Position numbers and translations under genes: made by a program | Origin: an uncultured Bacteriovorax sp. | GTDB taxonomy: Bacteria > Bdellovibrionota > UBA1018 | Assembly: GCA_964432565.1 (NCBI GenBank) | Contig: CAYSOA010000005.1 | Location: 24,022-88,021, forward strand | Direction of reading: 5' to 3' | Length of the DNA stretch: 64,000 nucleotides | In this document: positions 1 to 10,447 of the stretch, piece by piece | Layout of the letters: each line of letters begins with the position of its first letter | Numbering within the stretch: the stretch's first letter is position 1 | Notes under the pieces: generated by a model | Databases searched by the model: none | What the model saw: the letters and a program-made list of their open reading frames with translations, nothing else | Told to the model about the DNA's origin: nothing

Positions 1-276
1 GAGGGCCCCGATGCAGAAAGTCTCTCGTCAGAGGACCATTACCGTCGTGCTAGAGAGCACTTAGAGCGGGTCGAGCAGGATCATCCGGGATCTGAGACTG
101 CCCAGCGGGCAGCCATGGCTCTGGTGACATATTATGAGGAGCAGGGCTTCTGGGAAGACGCTCTTTCTAAATTGAAGACGTTATCTGGACGCTATTCGGC
201 TCCAGAAGTTCTCAGAATCCGTGAGCAGCGAATTCGGGAGCGCCTCGGGCGTCGCAACCCAACAGACCGACGTTGA
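1..276 (+). CDS. Partial CDS (5' end outside window), C-terminal fragment of a TPR-like helical protein; hypothetical
   Basis: Frame 1 is open from position 1 to TGA at 274-276; the translation has TPR-like helical composition. It is absent from the ORF track because there is no in-window start. Confidence 0.3.
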   Translation, partial: EGPDAESLSSEDHYRRAREHLERVEQDHPGSETAQRAAMALVTYYEEQGFWEDALSKLKTLSGRYSAPEVLRIREQRIRERLGRRNPTDRR

Positions 277-309
277 CGCCTTGAAAATCGGCGTGGTAGC
301 CCACCGAAT

Positions 310-549
310 ATGACGCAGGAGGGTCGGAAGCCTCCCGAGAGAGCTGAGTATTTGAAGGGGCTTGCGCTACTGGCGTGGATTTCTTCCGAAATCCTTGCGC
401 TTACGGGTTCCGGAGTGATTCTCGGATGGGCTCTACATCGGTGGCTCGATTGGCCGCTCATTCTCGCTCTCCCCTTTGGCCTTGCCGGCCTTTTTCTCGC
501 CATTTATCGAATCTATCGGGTCTGGACTCGCATGGAGGGACAGAAGTGA
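310..549 (+). CDS. Small two-TM membrane protein of the AtpZ/AtpR family (ATP synthase accessory protein upstream of atpI)
   Basis: 79 aa with two hydrophobic helices, located immediately upstream of atpI-atpB-atpE. Its stop overlaps the next start (GTGA). Confidence 0.45.
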   Translation: MTQEGRKPPERAEYLKGLALLAWISSEILALTGSGVILGWALHRWLDWPLILALPFGLAGLFLAIYRIYRVWTRMEGQK

Positions 550-968
550 AAACGAATGAGGCGAAGCAGCAGTGGAAGCCGTTCAGTCTGACCGCTCTGG
601 TCTGGCTAGTCGTTGGTAGTGGTCTAGCATTCTGGATGGGCTCTGGGGAGGTCAGCTGGATCACTCTTTTGGGATGGTTCCTCACCTTTTGGCTTCTCTC
701 GAGTCTGGATCTGCTGGCGATCGCAGCGTTGGTTTCTGCGATGGGTTCCTGGCAAGACGGGGTAGATCGAGTGAGACTGGGAGTGCGCTTGGCGGCCCTA
801 GCAGTCTTGAAGATGGGCCTTCTTGGAATTTTTGGTGCGATTTTGTTTCTAAACCGTGGAATTCCCCATTCTTCTTTGCTAGTGGGGTTAGCAACTTTAA
901 TCGTCGTTCCATTATTTGGAGGCCTGGCCTGGAGCTTTGGGTCCGAGCAGAGGCCAAAACAAGGATAA
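546..968 (+). CDS. atpI: ATP synthase protein I (AtpI)-like membrane protein
   Basis: GTG at 546 lies in the frame of ORF 375..968. The protein is a polytopic hydrophobic protein directly preceding atpB. Start is uncertain (GTG 546 or a downstream ATG). Confidence 0.4.
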   Translation: MKTNEAKQQWKPFSLTALVWLVVGSGLAFWMGSGEVSWITLLGWFLTFWLLSSLDLLAIAALVSAMGSWQDGVDRVRLGVRLAALAVLKMGLLGIFGAILFLNRGIPHSSLLVGLATLIVVPLFGGLAWSFGSEQRPKQG

Positions 969-992
969 CGATTTTGCAGGGTTTTTAGGCTT

Positions 993-1706
993 ATGCACGG
1001 TGAACACGGCTTTAATTGGCTTTCTCTGATCCCTGGTCTAGACCATGCGCCGAACCACGTGGTGATGGCGATTTTCGTCTCTTTGGTGTTGATGCTGACC
1101 ACTCTCGTTGCAGCCATGCAACTCAAGCGTGTGATGTTGACCCCAGAGGGTGGTCTGATTCCTCAGTCCAAATGGACTCTCAGAAACTTCTTCGAGATTG
1201 CGGCCGAGAACCTCTTCAAACTCACTGAGAGCGTGATTGGGCATCATGATGCCCCCCATTATTTCCCCGTGGTCGGGAGCCTGTTTCTTTTTATTTTTGT
1301 CTCGAACCTCGTCGGATTGATTCCGGGGTTTTTGCCACCGACCGATAATATGAATACGACGATGGCCTTGGGAGCCTTCGTTTTTCTTTACTATAACTAC
1401 GTGGGCTTGAAGGTGAATGGCATGGCCTACCTCAAGCACTTTCTTGGCCCAGTCCTTTGGCTTGGTCCTCTGATGCTGATCATCGAGATCGCATCCCACG
1501 TCTTTCGTCCCCTTTCTCTGGCCCTGCGTCTTCGCGGCAACATCATGGGAGACCACGTCGTGCTGAGCATCTTCAGCGATCTGGTTCCCCTGGTGATTCC
1601 TGTGATTTTTTATGGGTTGGGGATTTTCGTGGCGTTCGTTCAGGCCTTCGTTTTTTGTTTGATGACGATGGTCTATATCTCGCTGTCCACAGCGCATGAT
1701 CATTGA
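993..1706 (+). CDS. atpB: F0F1 ATP synthase subunit a
   Basis: 237 aa. Contains the conserved subunit-a C-terminal motif [17 protein letters not shown] and a multi-TM profile. Confidence 0.9.
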   Translation: MHGEHGFNWLSLIPGLDHAPNHVVMAIFVSLVLMLTTLVAAMQLKRVMLTPEGGLIPQSKWTLRNFFEIAAENLFKLTESVIGHHDAPHYFPVVGSLFLFIFVSNLVGLIPGFLPPTDNMNTTMALGAFVFLYYNYVGLKVNGMAYLKHFLGPVLWLGPLMLIIEIASHVFRPLSLALRLRGNIMGDHVVLSIFSDLVPLVIPVIFYGLGIFVAFVQAFVFCLMTMVYISLSTAHDH

Positions 1707-1731
1707 TGTGAGTAGAGGAAAGGAAAATTAC

Positions 1732-2046
1732 ATGATTCGTAAGGCTCTTTTGATGGTGGTTTCGGTTGGAGTGTTCTTTGCTGCACAGGCAGCAATGGCT
1801 GAAGAAGTGGTCAGCCATGGTGGCATGGATCCCTACGCCTCCCTCAGCGCCGCATTCGCAATTGGTATTGCGGCGTTTGGTGGTGCTCTTGGTCAGGCCA
1901 AGACCGCTACGGCAGCTCTTGAAGGGATTGCGCGCAACCCAGCTGCTCAGGGCAAGATCTTCGTTCCGATGATCATCGGTCTGGCTCTGATTGAGTCTCT
2001 GGTTCTTTACGCATTCGTTATCGCGTTCGTGAAGATCAAGATCTAA
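1732..2046 (+). CDS. atpE: F0F1 ATP synthase subunit c with N-terminal signal-like extension
   Basis: Mature region [46 protein letters not shown] is a classic c-subunit hairpin. ATG at 1732 follows SD GGAAAGGAAAA. The first roughly 30 aa are hydrophobic with an AMA-EE site. Confidence 0.85.
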   Translation: MIRKALLMVVSVGVFFAAQAAMAEEVVSHGGMDPYASLSAAFAIGIAAFGGALGQAKTATAALEGIARNPAAQGKIFVPMIIGLALIESLVLYAFVIAFVKIKI

Positions 2047-2074
2047 TCGATCTCAGTCTCGTCGTATAGATACG

Positions 2075-2114
2075 CGGCCGTCGCTCTCATTAGGGGGCGA
2101 CGGCCGTTCTTATT
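2075..2114. terminator. Bidirectional rho-independent terminator between convergent atpE and the GT-C gene
   Basis: Perfect 10-bp stem CGGCCGTCGC (2075-2084) / GCGACGGCCG (2097-2106) with a 12-nt loop, followed by TTCTTATTG. Confidence 0.55.
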
Positions 2115-3453
2115 GGGGTTTGACGCGGCGTGAATGAGCGAGAATCCAGAATCCTCCGGCGAAGAGAAAGAGCCAGGCGAGGTGCGACAGGCCCTTTGGA
2201 ATGCCAAGAAGGAGGGTGGGTATCGAGAGAGGATTCAAGCTCCCCTTCAGGAATCGAGTCCATAAGACCGAGATCTGCGGGACGTCGAACTCGGGGGGAA
2301 TCATATATCCCGCCGTGCTCTTGGCGAGAAAAACTTGAATGCCACCTAAGACGGCAACCAGCACCAGCCATCTCGATGTTCTTGTGCCGGTCAATACTTG
2401 GCTCATACCGGCACCTTCGTAAATCAGCACCATGATGATGGGAATCAGGTGCCGAGGGCCAAAAGCCCAGCCCCCTTCCCACATTTCGTAGGATCCGACC
2501 AAGAATAGGAAACCGAAAACAGCAGCCACCTTAAGAACCGTAGGATGGGGGTGGTCTGAGTGAGCCGCCGCTCCAATCATGTGAACCGCCGTAAAAAGGG
2601 CTGTGGGAGCGTAAAACAGTAGTCCCCTCGACGGAGAAGCGATCAGCGCCAGAACCGAGCGAAAGTCGGGAAGTCGAAAGCCATACCACGACCTCATATG
2701 TTGAAAGCTCACACTATCCACATGCTTGTATGCGAATTCGAGCCACTTACCGGTCGTCCACAGATTATGGATGCCGATAAAGATCAGGCCGATCAGGCAG
2801 CCCAGGCTGAATAACCCCAGTGCTCGCCCTCTCTTAGGCGAGCTCAGGGCAGCCAGGGCGAGCACCGGGAGAAAGAAGAGGATTGGAAACTCGGCCAACC
2901 CTGCCAAGCCAATCCAGAGTCCCCCCTGAAAGGGCTGTCGACGGTCAAAGACGGCCCGCCATGCGAGAACCAGAAGGAGTCCGCCGAGGACGTGACCGAA
3001 AAAAGTCGAGGAATAGACACCTAGGATCGACGAGGGAATGGCGGCGATCAAAAAGAGCGTTCCGGTTTTTCTAGGAATCGAGGCAAGAGCGAGCTGGCGA
3101 GAGAGCAGCCATGAAAACACGAGAATCGGCAAAACGCCCGAAAGGAGGGATCCCAACACGAGTATTGAGCGATGGGGGTAGCGTTCGCTTCGATACCCAA
3201 GAAGGTGGTAGGCCACGGCATAGGCAGGGACAGTCAACCACGACGACAGCGGGGCCTTGTCGGAAAAATAGTGATCCCCGACTCGAGCGCGGTCCTCGGA
3301 CCAGTCCTTCAATCGGTCGATGGCGTAGCTGTGGTCATCCACGAGGGATGCAACGAGCAGAGCGCGTGAGGTGGGATTGGGAGTGTAGCTGAGATCGAGA
3401 TGCCAGATCGACAGAAGGAGTAGCCAAAGTGTGAAAAGCAATCGAAAGCGCAT
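2110..3453 (-). CDS. Polytopic membrane protein, GT-C-fold glycosyltransferase-like (ArnT/PMT-like); function uncertain
   Basis: 447 aa with at least 10 predicted TM helices and a periplasmic-loop acidic motif near the N-terminus. Its start abuts the uvrA stop with a 0-nt gap. Confidence 0.35.
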   Translation of the reverse strand: MRFRLLFTLWLLLLSIWHLDLSYTPNPTSRALLVASLVDDHSYAIDRLKDWSEDRARVGDHYFSDKAPLSSWLTVPAYAVAYHLLGYRSERYPHRSILVLGSLLSGVLPILVFSWLLSRQLALASIPRKTGTLFLIAAIPSSILGVYSSTFFGHVLGGLLLVLAWRAVFDRRQPFQGGLWIGLAGLAEFPILFFLPVLALAALSSPKRGRALGLFSLGCLIGLIFIGIHNLWTTGKWLEFAYKHVDSVSFQHMRSWYGFRLPDFRSVLALIASPSRGLLFYAPTALFTAVHMIGAAAHSDHPHPTVLKVAAVFGFLFLVGSYEMWEGGWAFGPRHLIPIIMVLIYEGAGMSQVLTGTRTSRWLVLVAVLGGIQVFLAKSTAGYMIPPEFDVPQISVLWTRFLKGSLNPLSIPTLLLGIPKGLSHLAWLFLFAGGFWILAHSRRVKPQ

Positions 3454-6060
3454 CTAGCCAAGAATCTCCAGAAGCGGCTTCAGGAATCGTCCCGTGTGAC
3501 TTTCAGAAACCTGAGCGACCTCTTCTGGAGTGCCGGCCGCGATGATGCGGCCTCCCTGCGACCCACCTTCCGGACCCATATCGATCAGGTGATCGGCAAC
3601 CTTGATGATATCCAGATTGTGCTCGATCACCACGACGGTGTTTCCCTGATCTACAAGACTCTGAAGAATCGAAATGAGCTTTCGAACATCGTCGAAGTGT
3701 AGACCGGTGCTCGGCTCATCCAGGATGTAGAGAGTTCGTCCCGTGCTGCGGCGAGAGAGCTCCTTTGCCAGCTTGATTCTCTGGGCTTCCCCTCCCGAAA
3801 GCGTAGTCGCACTCTGACCGAGTTGCAGGTAGCCCAGGCCGACTTGATCCATCAATTGGAGTTTCGCTTTGATGGAAGGAACTGATTCGAAGAATACGGC
3901 TGCCTCAGATACGGGCATTTCGAGGATGTCGGCAATATTTCGGCTCTTGTAGCGAATTTCGAGGGTTTCTCTGCTGTAGCGCCGACCCTGGCAAGTGCTG
4001 CAGGTGACAAACACATCGGGCAAAAAATGCATCTCAATGCGAGTGACCCCATCTCCCTCGCAGGCCTCACATCGTCCACCCTTGACGTTGAAAGAGTACC
4101 GCCCCGGCCCATATCCCCGAACCTGACTCTCCGGAAGCTGCGCGAAAAGCTCCCGAATCTGCGTAAATACCCCGGTATAGGTCGCAGGATTGGATCGTGG
4201 CGTCTTTCCGATGGGACTCTGATCGATGTCGATCACCTTGTCGACATGATCGAGACCTGTGATCTGAACGGACGCCAGATGGGACGCCTCCGATCCATAG
4301 AGTTGTGCCATCAAGGCACGGTAAAGCGTGTCCATGACAAGCGTGCTCTTGCCACTACCCGACACGCCAGTGACACAAGTGAAAACCCCAAGGGGAAAGT
4401 CGGCCGTAATGTCCTTGAGATTATTCAGGCTTGCCTGGGTGATCCGGATGCTGCGATCTGCGGTCCAAGGTCGTCTAAATCCAGGAACGTCGATCTTGAG
4501 TCGTCCATCGAGAAAGGCGCCGGTGATGCTGTGAGGATGGCGTCGAAGCTCTTCTGGACTTCCCTGTGCGACGATCTCCCCACCAGCGACTCCCGCTCCA
4601 GGACCGAGATCAGCAATGAAATCCGCACGTCTCATGGTGTCCATGTCGTGCTCGACAACAAGGACCGTATTTCCGAGATCGCGGAGCCGCTCGAGAGTCG
4701 AGATGAGCCGTTCATTGTCCCTCTGGTGCAGGCCGATGCTCGGCTCATCCAGGACATAGATCACCCCAACGAGCGAGCTGCCGATCTGGGTGGCCAGGCG
4801 AATTCGCTGGGCCTCACCTCCGGACAGGGTTTGCGCAGATCTCGCAAGAGTCAGATATCCCACCCCGACAGAGTTCAAGAATTCGAGCCGTTCTCGAACC
4901 TCCTTGATCACCCTGGAGGCGATCAGAGCGTCACGCTGAGATAGTTTGAGCTGATCAAAGAATCCCCCGAGATCTGAGAGCTGTAGACGACAGAGCTCGG
5001 CAATCGTCTTTCCTTCAAAAAGAAAGTGGAGACTCTCCGGCCTGAGGCGATCTCCGTGGCAGTCTGGACATGGAGGGGCCTGGTTCCGAAGCCCGCTTGG
5101 AAGCCCGTCCTCGGCTGGGCCTGACTCGGACTCGCTCTCTTCAGAAAACCCGGGGTCGACTCCGAGTCCCTCGCACGTGGGACACGCCCCTACGGGACTG
5201 TTAAAGGAAAATGACCGAGGCTCAGGCGCAGGATAGCTGACGCCACAGTCGGCACAAGCGAACTTTTCCGACATGAGCACTTGCCGGGGTTCAGCGGATC
5301 CCTGTCCCACCTCCAAAAGCAAGAGCCCCTCACCCATTCGAAGCGCCAGCTCGACCGATTCACTGACACGAGTTGCCAGAGCGCCGCGATCCCCTTTCAC
5401 GATCAAGCGATCGACGTACACCTCGATGTCATGTTTGCGATTCTTGTCGAGCGCGATGTCCTGGGAGAGATCTAGGACCTCTCCGTCAATCCTGACGCGT
5501 ACAAACCCTTTCTGCCTGAGTTGAAGCAGCTCCTTCTGGTATTCGCCCTTTCTACCCCTGACGATCGGGGAGAGTACCGCGACGCGGGATCCTTCGGGAT
5601 AACCTAGAATTTGATCGGTGATCTGCTGTGGTGACTGAGACTGGATGGGCTTTTTGCAGATGTGGCAATGAGGCCGACCGATACGGGCGAAAAGGAGGCG
5701 GAGATAATCGTAGATCTCGGTGACCGTTCCTACTGTAGATCTGGGATTGTAGCTGGTGGTTCTCTGCTCGATCGAAATCGTGGGACTGAGACCACCAATA
5801 AAGTCGACGTCGGGTTTTCCGACTTGTGCAAGAAACTGCCTCGCATAGGCCGATAGGCTCTCGACGTACCGGCGCTGCCCTTCTGCATAGATCGTATCGA
5901 AGGCAAGGGACGATTTCCCGGAGCCCGATGGTCCCGTTAGGACGGCCAGAGTGTTTCGCGGAATGCGGATCGAAACATTCTTCAGGTTGTGAACACGAGC
6001 CCCTCGAATGACGATGGCTTCATCCGGTACGGCATCCAGCGGCTCAAGGTCTCGATTCAT
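3454..6060 (-). CDS. uvrA: Excinuclease ABC subunit A (UvrA)
   Basis: Two ABC ATPase modules ([16 protein letters not shown] and [11 protein letters not shown]), LSGGEAQR signature motifs and Zn-finger CxxC pairs. Start chosen at ATG 6060 (MNRDLEP...) rather than ORF start 6135 to avoid overlap with the upstream gene. Confidence 0.9.
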   Translation of the reverse strand: MNRDLEPLDAVPDEAIVIRGARVHNLKNVSIRIPRNTLAVLTGPSGSGKSSLAFDTIYAEGQRRYVESLSAYARQFLAQVGKPDVDFIGGLSPTISIEQRTTSYNPRSTVGTVTEIYDYLRLLFARIGRPHCHICKKPIQSQSPQQITDQILGYPEGSRVAVLSPIVRGRKGEYQKELLQLRQKGFVRVRIDGEVLDLSQDIALDKNRKHDIEVYVDRLIVKGDRGALATRVSESVELALRMGEGLLLLEVGQGSAEPRQVLMSEKFACADCGVSYPAPEPRSFSFNSPVGACPTCEGLGVDPGFSEESESESGPAEDGLPSGLRNQAPPCPDCHGDRLRPESLHFLFEGKTIAELCRLQLSDLGGFFDQLKLSQRDALIASRVIKEVRERLEFLNSVGVGYLTLARSAQTLSGGEAQRIRLATQIGSSLVGVIYVLDEPSIGLHQRDNERLISTLERLRDLGNTVLVVEHDMDTMRRADFIADLGPGAGVAGGEIVAQGSPEELRRHPHSITGAFLDGRLKIDVPGFRRPWTADRSIRITQASLNNLKDITADFPLGVFTCVTGVSGSGKSTLVMDTLYRALMAQLYGSEASHLASVQITGLDHVDKVIDIDQSPIGKTPRSNPATYTGVFTQIRELFAQLPESQVRGYGPGRYSFNVKGGRCEACEGDGVTRIEMHFLPDVFVTCSTCQGRRYSRETLEIRYKSRNIADILEMPVSEAAVFFESVPSIKAKLQLMDQVGLGYLQLGQSATTLSGGEAQRIKLAKELSRRSTGRTLYILDEPSTGLHFDDVRKLISILQSLVDQGNTVVVIEHNLDIIKVADHLIDMGPEGGSQGGRIIAAGTPEEVAQVSESHTGRFLKPLLEILG

Positions 6061-6073
6061 CCGAGAAGCATCC

Positions 6074-7501
6074 TCAATGGGACTGGGAGTTGAAATCAAT
6101 CTTGGGATGTCCCACCTCGATCGCCGCTCCATCAAGCTCGTTGAGAAACAGCTCTTGAATCTCGCCGAGTCGTTTTTGAGAGATGGCTTCGAACCTGAGA
6201 ACGAGGACCGGCTGCGTATTTGATGCCCGGATCAGCCCCCAACCATCGGAGAAGTCGACACGGATCCCGTCAATGTCCGTCACCTTCCTGCCTGGCGAGA
6301 GGCGGGTCCTCGCGGCTTCAACCAGGGCGAACTTCTTTTCTTCGATGCAGTCGATCCGAATCTCAGGCGTAGAGACACTGGGCGGAAGATCGGAGAGAAG
6401 AGTTGAAAGCGGGCCGTCATGAGCAGAGACGATCTCGTAAACCCTCAGCGCCGCATAGATCGCGTCGTCATATCCAAAATAGCGGTCTGCGAAAAAGATA
6501 TGACCCGACATTTCTCCGGCCAGCAGTGCCCCCGTTTCCTTCATCTTGGATTTGATCAGGGAGTGCCCGGTTTTCCACATGATCGGGTTTCCCCCATTTC
6601 GGGCAATGTCTTCATAGAGTCGGTGGCTGGACTTGACCTCTGAAATGATCGTCGCTCCCGGATTTTCACTCAGAACAGAACGCGAAAGCAGGACCATGAG
6701 CTCATCACCGAAGATGATCCGGCCCGTCTCATCCACCAGACCAATGCGGTCAGAGTCCCCATCGAAGGCTACTCCAAAATCGGCGCGATTCGTGGCTACC
6801 GCCTGCACCAGATCGCGGAGATTGGCTGGCACCGTCGGATCGGGATGATGGTTAGGAAAGCGACCATCGAGCTCGCAGAAAAGAGGAATCACCGTTGCTC
6901 CAAGACGCTCAAAGAGCCGAGGTGCCACCGTAGCAGCAGTGCCGTTGCCCGCATCAAGGACCACTTTCAGTGGCCGAACCTGTCGTGCGTGACTCAGGAG
7001 ATGTTCGATATAGGCAGGGATCACCTCGAACGGCTCTTCGGCCCCTTCTGCCGCTGCTGGTCTCTCAAAGGACTCCATGAGCTGGCGCAATTTCTGGATA
7101 TCGGCGCCATGGAGCGTGCGTCGGCCGACACAGATCTTGAAGCCGTTGTAATCCCCAGGGTTGTGCGAACCGGTGATCATGATCCCACCGTCGAGATCGC
7201 GATTGAAAACGCTGAAGTAAGTAAGTGGTGTGGGACAGACGCCAAGATTCACCACTCTCACACCACAGCTTCTTAGTGCCCGAATCAGTGCCGTGGCGTA
7301 CTCATCACTGGAGAGGCGACAGTCCCGCCCCACCGAGACGACCGCCTGTGAGAGAGATTTACCGGACTCACTCTGCAGAAAGGAAGCATAGGCGTAGCCA
7401 AGACGACTGGCAAACTCTGCCGAGAGGTCTTTTTCGGCGATGCCACGGATGTCGTACTCTCTGAAAATAGAGCGGTTAAAAGTCATCGGAGCAAGCTTCA
7501 T
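6074..7501 (-). CDS. Phosphomannomutase/phosphoglucomutase (alpha-D-phosphohexomutase family)
   Basis: [10 protein letters not shown]-terminal motif, active-site [13 protein letters not shown], and Mg-binding DGDSDR. Start ATG overlaps the pdxA stop (ATGA). Confidence 0.85.
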   Translation of the reverse strand: MKLAPMTFNRSIFREYDIRGIAEKDLSAEFASRLGYAYASFLQSESGKSLSQAVVSVGRDCRLSSDEYATALIRALRSCGVRVVNLGVCPTPLTYFSVFNRDLDGGIMITGSHNPGDYNGFKICVGRRTLHGADIQKLRQLMESFERPAAAEGAEEPFEVIPAYIEHLLSHARQVRPLKVVLDAGNGTAATVAPRLFERLGATVIPLFCELDGRFPNHHPDPTVPANLRDLVQAVATNRADFGVAFDGDSDRIGLVDETGRIIFGDELMVLLSRSVLSENPGATIISEVKSSHRLYEDIARNGGNPIMWKTGHSLIKSKMKETGALLAGEMSGHIFFADRYFGYDDAIYAALRVYEIVSAHDGPLSTLLSDLPPSVSTPEIRIDCIEEKKFALVEAARTRLSPGRKVTDIDGIRVDFSDGWGLIRASNTQPVLVLRFEAISQKRLGEIQELFLNELDGAAIEVGHPKIDFNSQSH

Positions 7502-8511
7502 GAACGGTTCTCCCTACGGTTTTTGACCATATCGCATGCCAACCGGAATGCAGACTTGAAACTGGACGGATCGGCAAGGCCCCTGCCCGCAATATCGAAT
7601 GCCACACCATGGTCCACCGATGTTCGGATCAGAGGCAGGCCGAGGGTGATATTGACGGTGTTCGGGAAGTCGATCATCTTCACAGGAATCAGGCCTTGAT
7701 CATGGTACATGCAGACGACGGCATCAAAACGCTCTGATGCCGGGGCGGATAGGTGTCTTGCAAAGAGGGTGTCTGCTGGCAGGGGCCCTTCGAGGGTTGC
7801 CGTATCCCTATACCTGCGCTGAAGGCGCTTAACGGCGGGGCCGATCAGCCGATCCTCCTCGTGGCCGAAGAGCCCCCCTTCTCCTGCATGAGGATTGAGA
7901 GCTGCAACGGCAACGCGTGGATGGTCGATTCCCCACCAGGCTCTCAGGCTGTCTACCGTATGACGAATCGTTGTGGAGATCGCCGCTCCCGTCAGCGAGG
8001 ACGAGACCGCTTTTAACGCTAGATGGGTCGTGACCAGAGTCACCCTCAACTGAGAGTTTGCGAGCATCATGGTGACGCGCTGGCGCCTACAGGCCCGGGC
8101 CAGCATCTCGGTGTGCCCGGGGAAGTCAAAGCCCCCTGCCTGTAGTCGGGCCTTGCTGATGGGTCCCGTGACGATCGCGTCCACCTTTCTGGCAAGCGCC
8201 AGACGAGCAGCGGCTTCAATCGACCAGCCGCTCTGGTAGCCCGGAAGCGAGAAACCCGAGGAGGCCGGGTGTCGGGGAGTGGGTGGGTTGAGGATGAGTA
8301 GCTCGCCCGATCTGGGTCGTGGGAGTGGCTTGCCGTCGAGGAATCCGCCTGCGTCGAGCGTCTTCACACCGAGCCGCATGAACGGCTCCTTTGCTCCAAT
8401 GATCAGGGGGGTGGTTCCAGAGGGAGCTAGTGAACGACCTGAAACCAAGGCCTTGAAAACGACCTCGGGACCGATACCTTCTGGGTCGCCTGGCGTGATG
8501 GCGATGAGCAT
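7498..8511 (-). CDS. pdxA: 4-hydroxythreonine-4-phosphate dehydrogenase
   Basis: 337 aa with the PdxA-family motifs MLIAITPGDPEGIGPE, GPISKARLQAGGFDFPGHTEMLA and HGVAFDIAG. Confidence 0.85.
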   Translation of the reverse strand: MLIAITPGDPEGIGPEVVFKALVSGRSLAPSGTTPLIIGAKEPFMRLGVKTLDAGGFLDGKPLPRPRSGELLILNPPTPRHPASSGFSLPGYQSGWSIEAAARLALARKVDAIVTGPISKARLQAGGFDFPGHTEMLARACRRQRVTMMLANSQLRVTLVTTHLALKAVSSSLTGAAISTTIRHTVDSLRAWWGIDHPRVAVAALNPHAGEGGLFGHEEDRLIGPAVKRLQRRYRDTATLEGPLPADTLFARHLSAPASERFDAVVCMYHDQGLIPVKMIDFPNTVNITLGLPLIRTSVDHGVAFDIAGRGLADPSSFKSAFRLACDMVKNRRENRS

Positions 8512-8514
8512 GAC

Positions 8515-9501
8515 TCAGCGGTCGCCAGCCCGATGGACGAAAGCGGCCTGCTCCTGCCTTGCAAGCCAGAGCTGAATCTGTCGCTGGTACTCTCCGGCAT
8601 GCAGCTGGTTCCGGATCTCTTCCTTCATCCGGGCAAACTTGGCATCTTCACCGGTCGAGATGTCGACGAGTTTCAGAATCATGAGTGCCTGTTTGGTGCT
8701 ACCGATCACCGGACTGATGCCGCCCACCTTCAGCTTGCGGACTTCCGCCCGAATCAGTGGAGCCATCTGGTCTTCCGTGAGGTAGCCCAGATCGCCAGGT
8801 GCCGCCGAACCATCAGATTCAGCGTACCGCATCAGAACCTCCTCAAACGGATCCCCCGACTTGATTGCGGTCATCGCGCTCTCGGCGGCTTCGCGAAGGG
8901 CCCTTTCCGACTTGTAGGAGGATCGCGAGAGCGACAGGACTCTCACACGGTAGGAGAGTGGCGGACCATCGTTCCCGGAAAAGCGGCTATAATAGAAATT
9001 CTTGATGTCATCGTCCGACACACTGACTTTGGAGCGAATGTCACGATCGATCAGATTTCGCTTCGCGATGCTGAGCCGAAGCAGTTCAAAGTAATCCTCG
9101 AATTCAAATCCGTTACGAGCCAGTTCTCCGCGCAGGCGCTCCCGCGATATTTGCTGGCCCGCCTGAATCGAGCTGATCTCCTGATCCACCTCGGCGTCCG
9201 AGGCAGGAAAGGCGGAAAGGATGAGCCGGTCGTGAATCAGGATCTCCAGAATCTCGGAATCGGTCGCCCCGCTGTCCTTCAAGGCCAGCCGGGACGAGGC
9301 AAAAAGGGGATCGAGCTGACGCCGGAGTCCAAGCGAACGCCGAAGCCGGCTAATGTCCGAGGTCAGGATCGGAGCGGCATTGACTGAAGCTTCCAGACGA
9401 TCGATCAGCCGATCTGCTGCGGACCCTGGAGTGGCCGTAGCAAAGAGAAGAAGTGCGGCGATGATGGGCATAAACGGGGTCGAAAAACGCAGCTCAAGCA
9501 T
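8515..9501 (-). CDS. SurA-like periplasmic chaperone / parvulin-type peptidyl-prolyl isomerase
   Basis: Signal peptide (MLELRFSTPFMPIIAALLLFATATPGSAA), a SurA N-domain-like region and a C-terminal parvulin PPIase domain. Conserved surA-pdxA linkage. Start uncertain (ORF begins 9537). Confidence 0.6.
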   Translation of the reverse strand: MLELRFSTPFMPIIAALLLFATATPGSAADRLIDRLEASVNAAPILTSDISRLRRSLGLRRQLDPLFASSRLALKDSGATDSEILEILIHDRLILSAFPASDAEVDQEISSIQAGQQISRERLRGELARNGFEFEDYFELLRLSIAKRNLIDRDIRSKVSVSDDDIKNFYYSRFSGNDGPPLSYRVRVLSLSRSSYKSERALREAAESAMTAIKSGDPFEEVLMRYAESDGSAAPGDLGYLTEDQMAPLIRAEVRKLKVGGISPVIGSTKQALMILKLVDISTGEDAKFARMKEEIRNQLHAGEYQRQIQLWLARQEQAAFVHRAGDR

Positions 9502-9548
9502 GCGTCCCGTTTTCTCATATGCCAAACCCGATATCAAAGGGCGAAATC

Positions 9549-10400
9549 CTACTCCTTCAGGAGTGACGCATTCACCGAGACATTCGCCTTCTTGCGGAGG
9601 CCTGCGACATAAGACTCGAAAATCTTGGCGCGCTTCTGTTCGAAGATCTGTCGCTTGACCTGGCCATGATCGGTCTCGTCCCAGGGACGAATGGCGGTCA
9701 ACTTGATGATGTGCAGCCCAAAGGGTGTCCGCACGATGTCGGTGATACGCCCCGGCTTTTGCAGTTTGAGAGCCGCGGCATAATAGGTGGGGTCAAGGGC
9801 GTCACGGGTCTTGTAGTCGACGTCTCCGCCCATCGGGGCGGTTGGACCCTCGCTCCTCTGCTGGGCGATCTCGGAGAAGCTGCCACCCTTTTTGAGCTCC
9901 TTCAGCGCGTCTTCTAGGCGACTGCGAGCGGCCTTTTCTGTCTCGGGTGACGCGCCTGGCGGAAGTGCCGCGAAAATATGCGAGGTCCGGATTTCAGGAT
10001 TCCCCGAGTAGTGGGATTTCGCCTCTGCGTCGGTGACCGTGATCTTCTCGACGTCCTTTCCTAGCTGCCGGTCCAGGGCGGCCTGGTAAAGGACCGTGTT
10101 GATTCGTTCTGCTACGGCCGGATCCTTCTCAAGCCCCAGACGCCGAGCCTCCTGCACCACCAGCTCTCTTCTGATGATGTCTTCGAGAACCGATTTGCGG
10201 TCGGGAGCGCTGAATTGAAAGAAACGCGAGTTTTCGGCGTATCGCGCATTGAAGTCTTCGAGTGTCAGCATTGTCCCGTTGATCTTTGCCAGAACCGACT
10301 TGCCGGAATCAGGCGTGTTTGCCGACGCTACGAACGGCGTGAAAATCGTGGATGAAGCCAGGGCGAACGCCAGCGAGAGAGAAAAGATTTTCAGCATCAT
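9549..10400 (-). CDS. PpiC-type (parvulin) peptidyl-prolyl cis-trans isomerase, secreted
   Basis: Signal peptide MMLKIFSLSLAFALA. Contains the PPIase region SFSEIAQQRSEGPTAPMGGDVDY...FGLHIIK. Start taken at the tandem ATGs 10400/10397. Confidence 0.6.
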   Translation of the reverse strand: MMLKIFSLSLAFALASSTIFTPFVASANTPDSGKSVLAKINGTMLTLEDFNARYAENSRFFQFSAPDRKSVLEDIIRRELVVQEARRLGLEKDPAVAERINTVLYQAALDRQLGKDVEKITVTDAEAKSHYSGNPEIRTSHIFAALPPGASPETEKAARSRLEDALKELKKGGSFSEIAQQRSEGPTAPMGGDVDYKTRDALDPTYYAAALKLQKPGRITDIVRTPFGLHIIKLTAIRPWDETDHGQVKRQIFEQKRAKIFESYVAGLRKKANVSVNASLLKE

Positions 10401-10447
10401 AAGAAAAAGGTACAGGCCTTGTTCGGGGTTGGCAACGTCTCTGAAGC

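Noticed and set aside
310-2046. Considered an N-type ATPase operon because of the AtpZ/AtpI-like genes
   Set aside because: N-ATPase operons begin with beta/epsilon and contain all subunits. Only a and c plus accessory genes are present here, so this is the F0 half of a split F-type operon.
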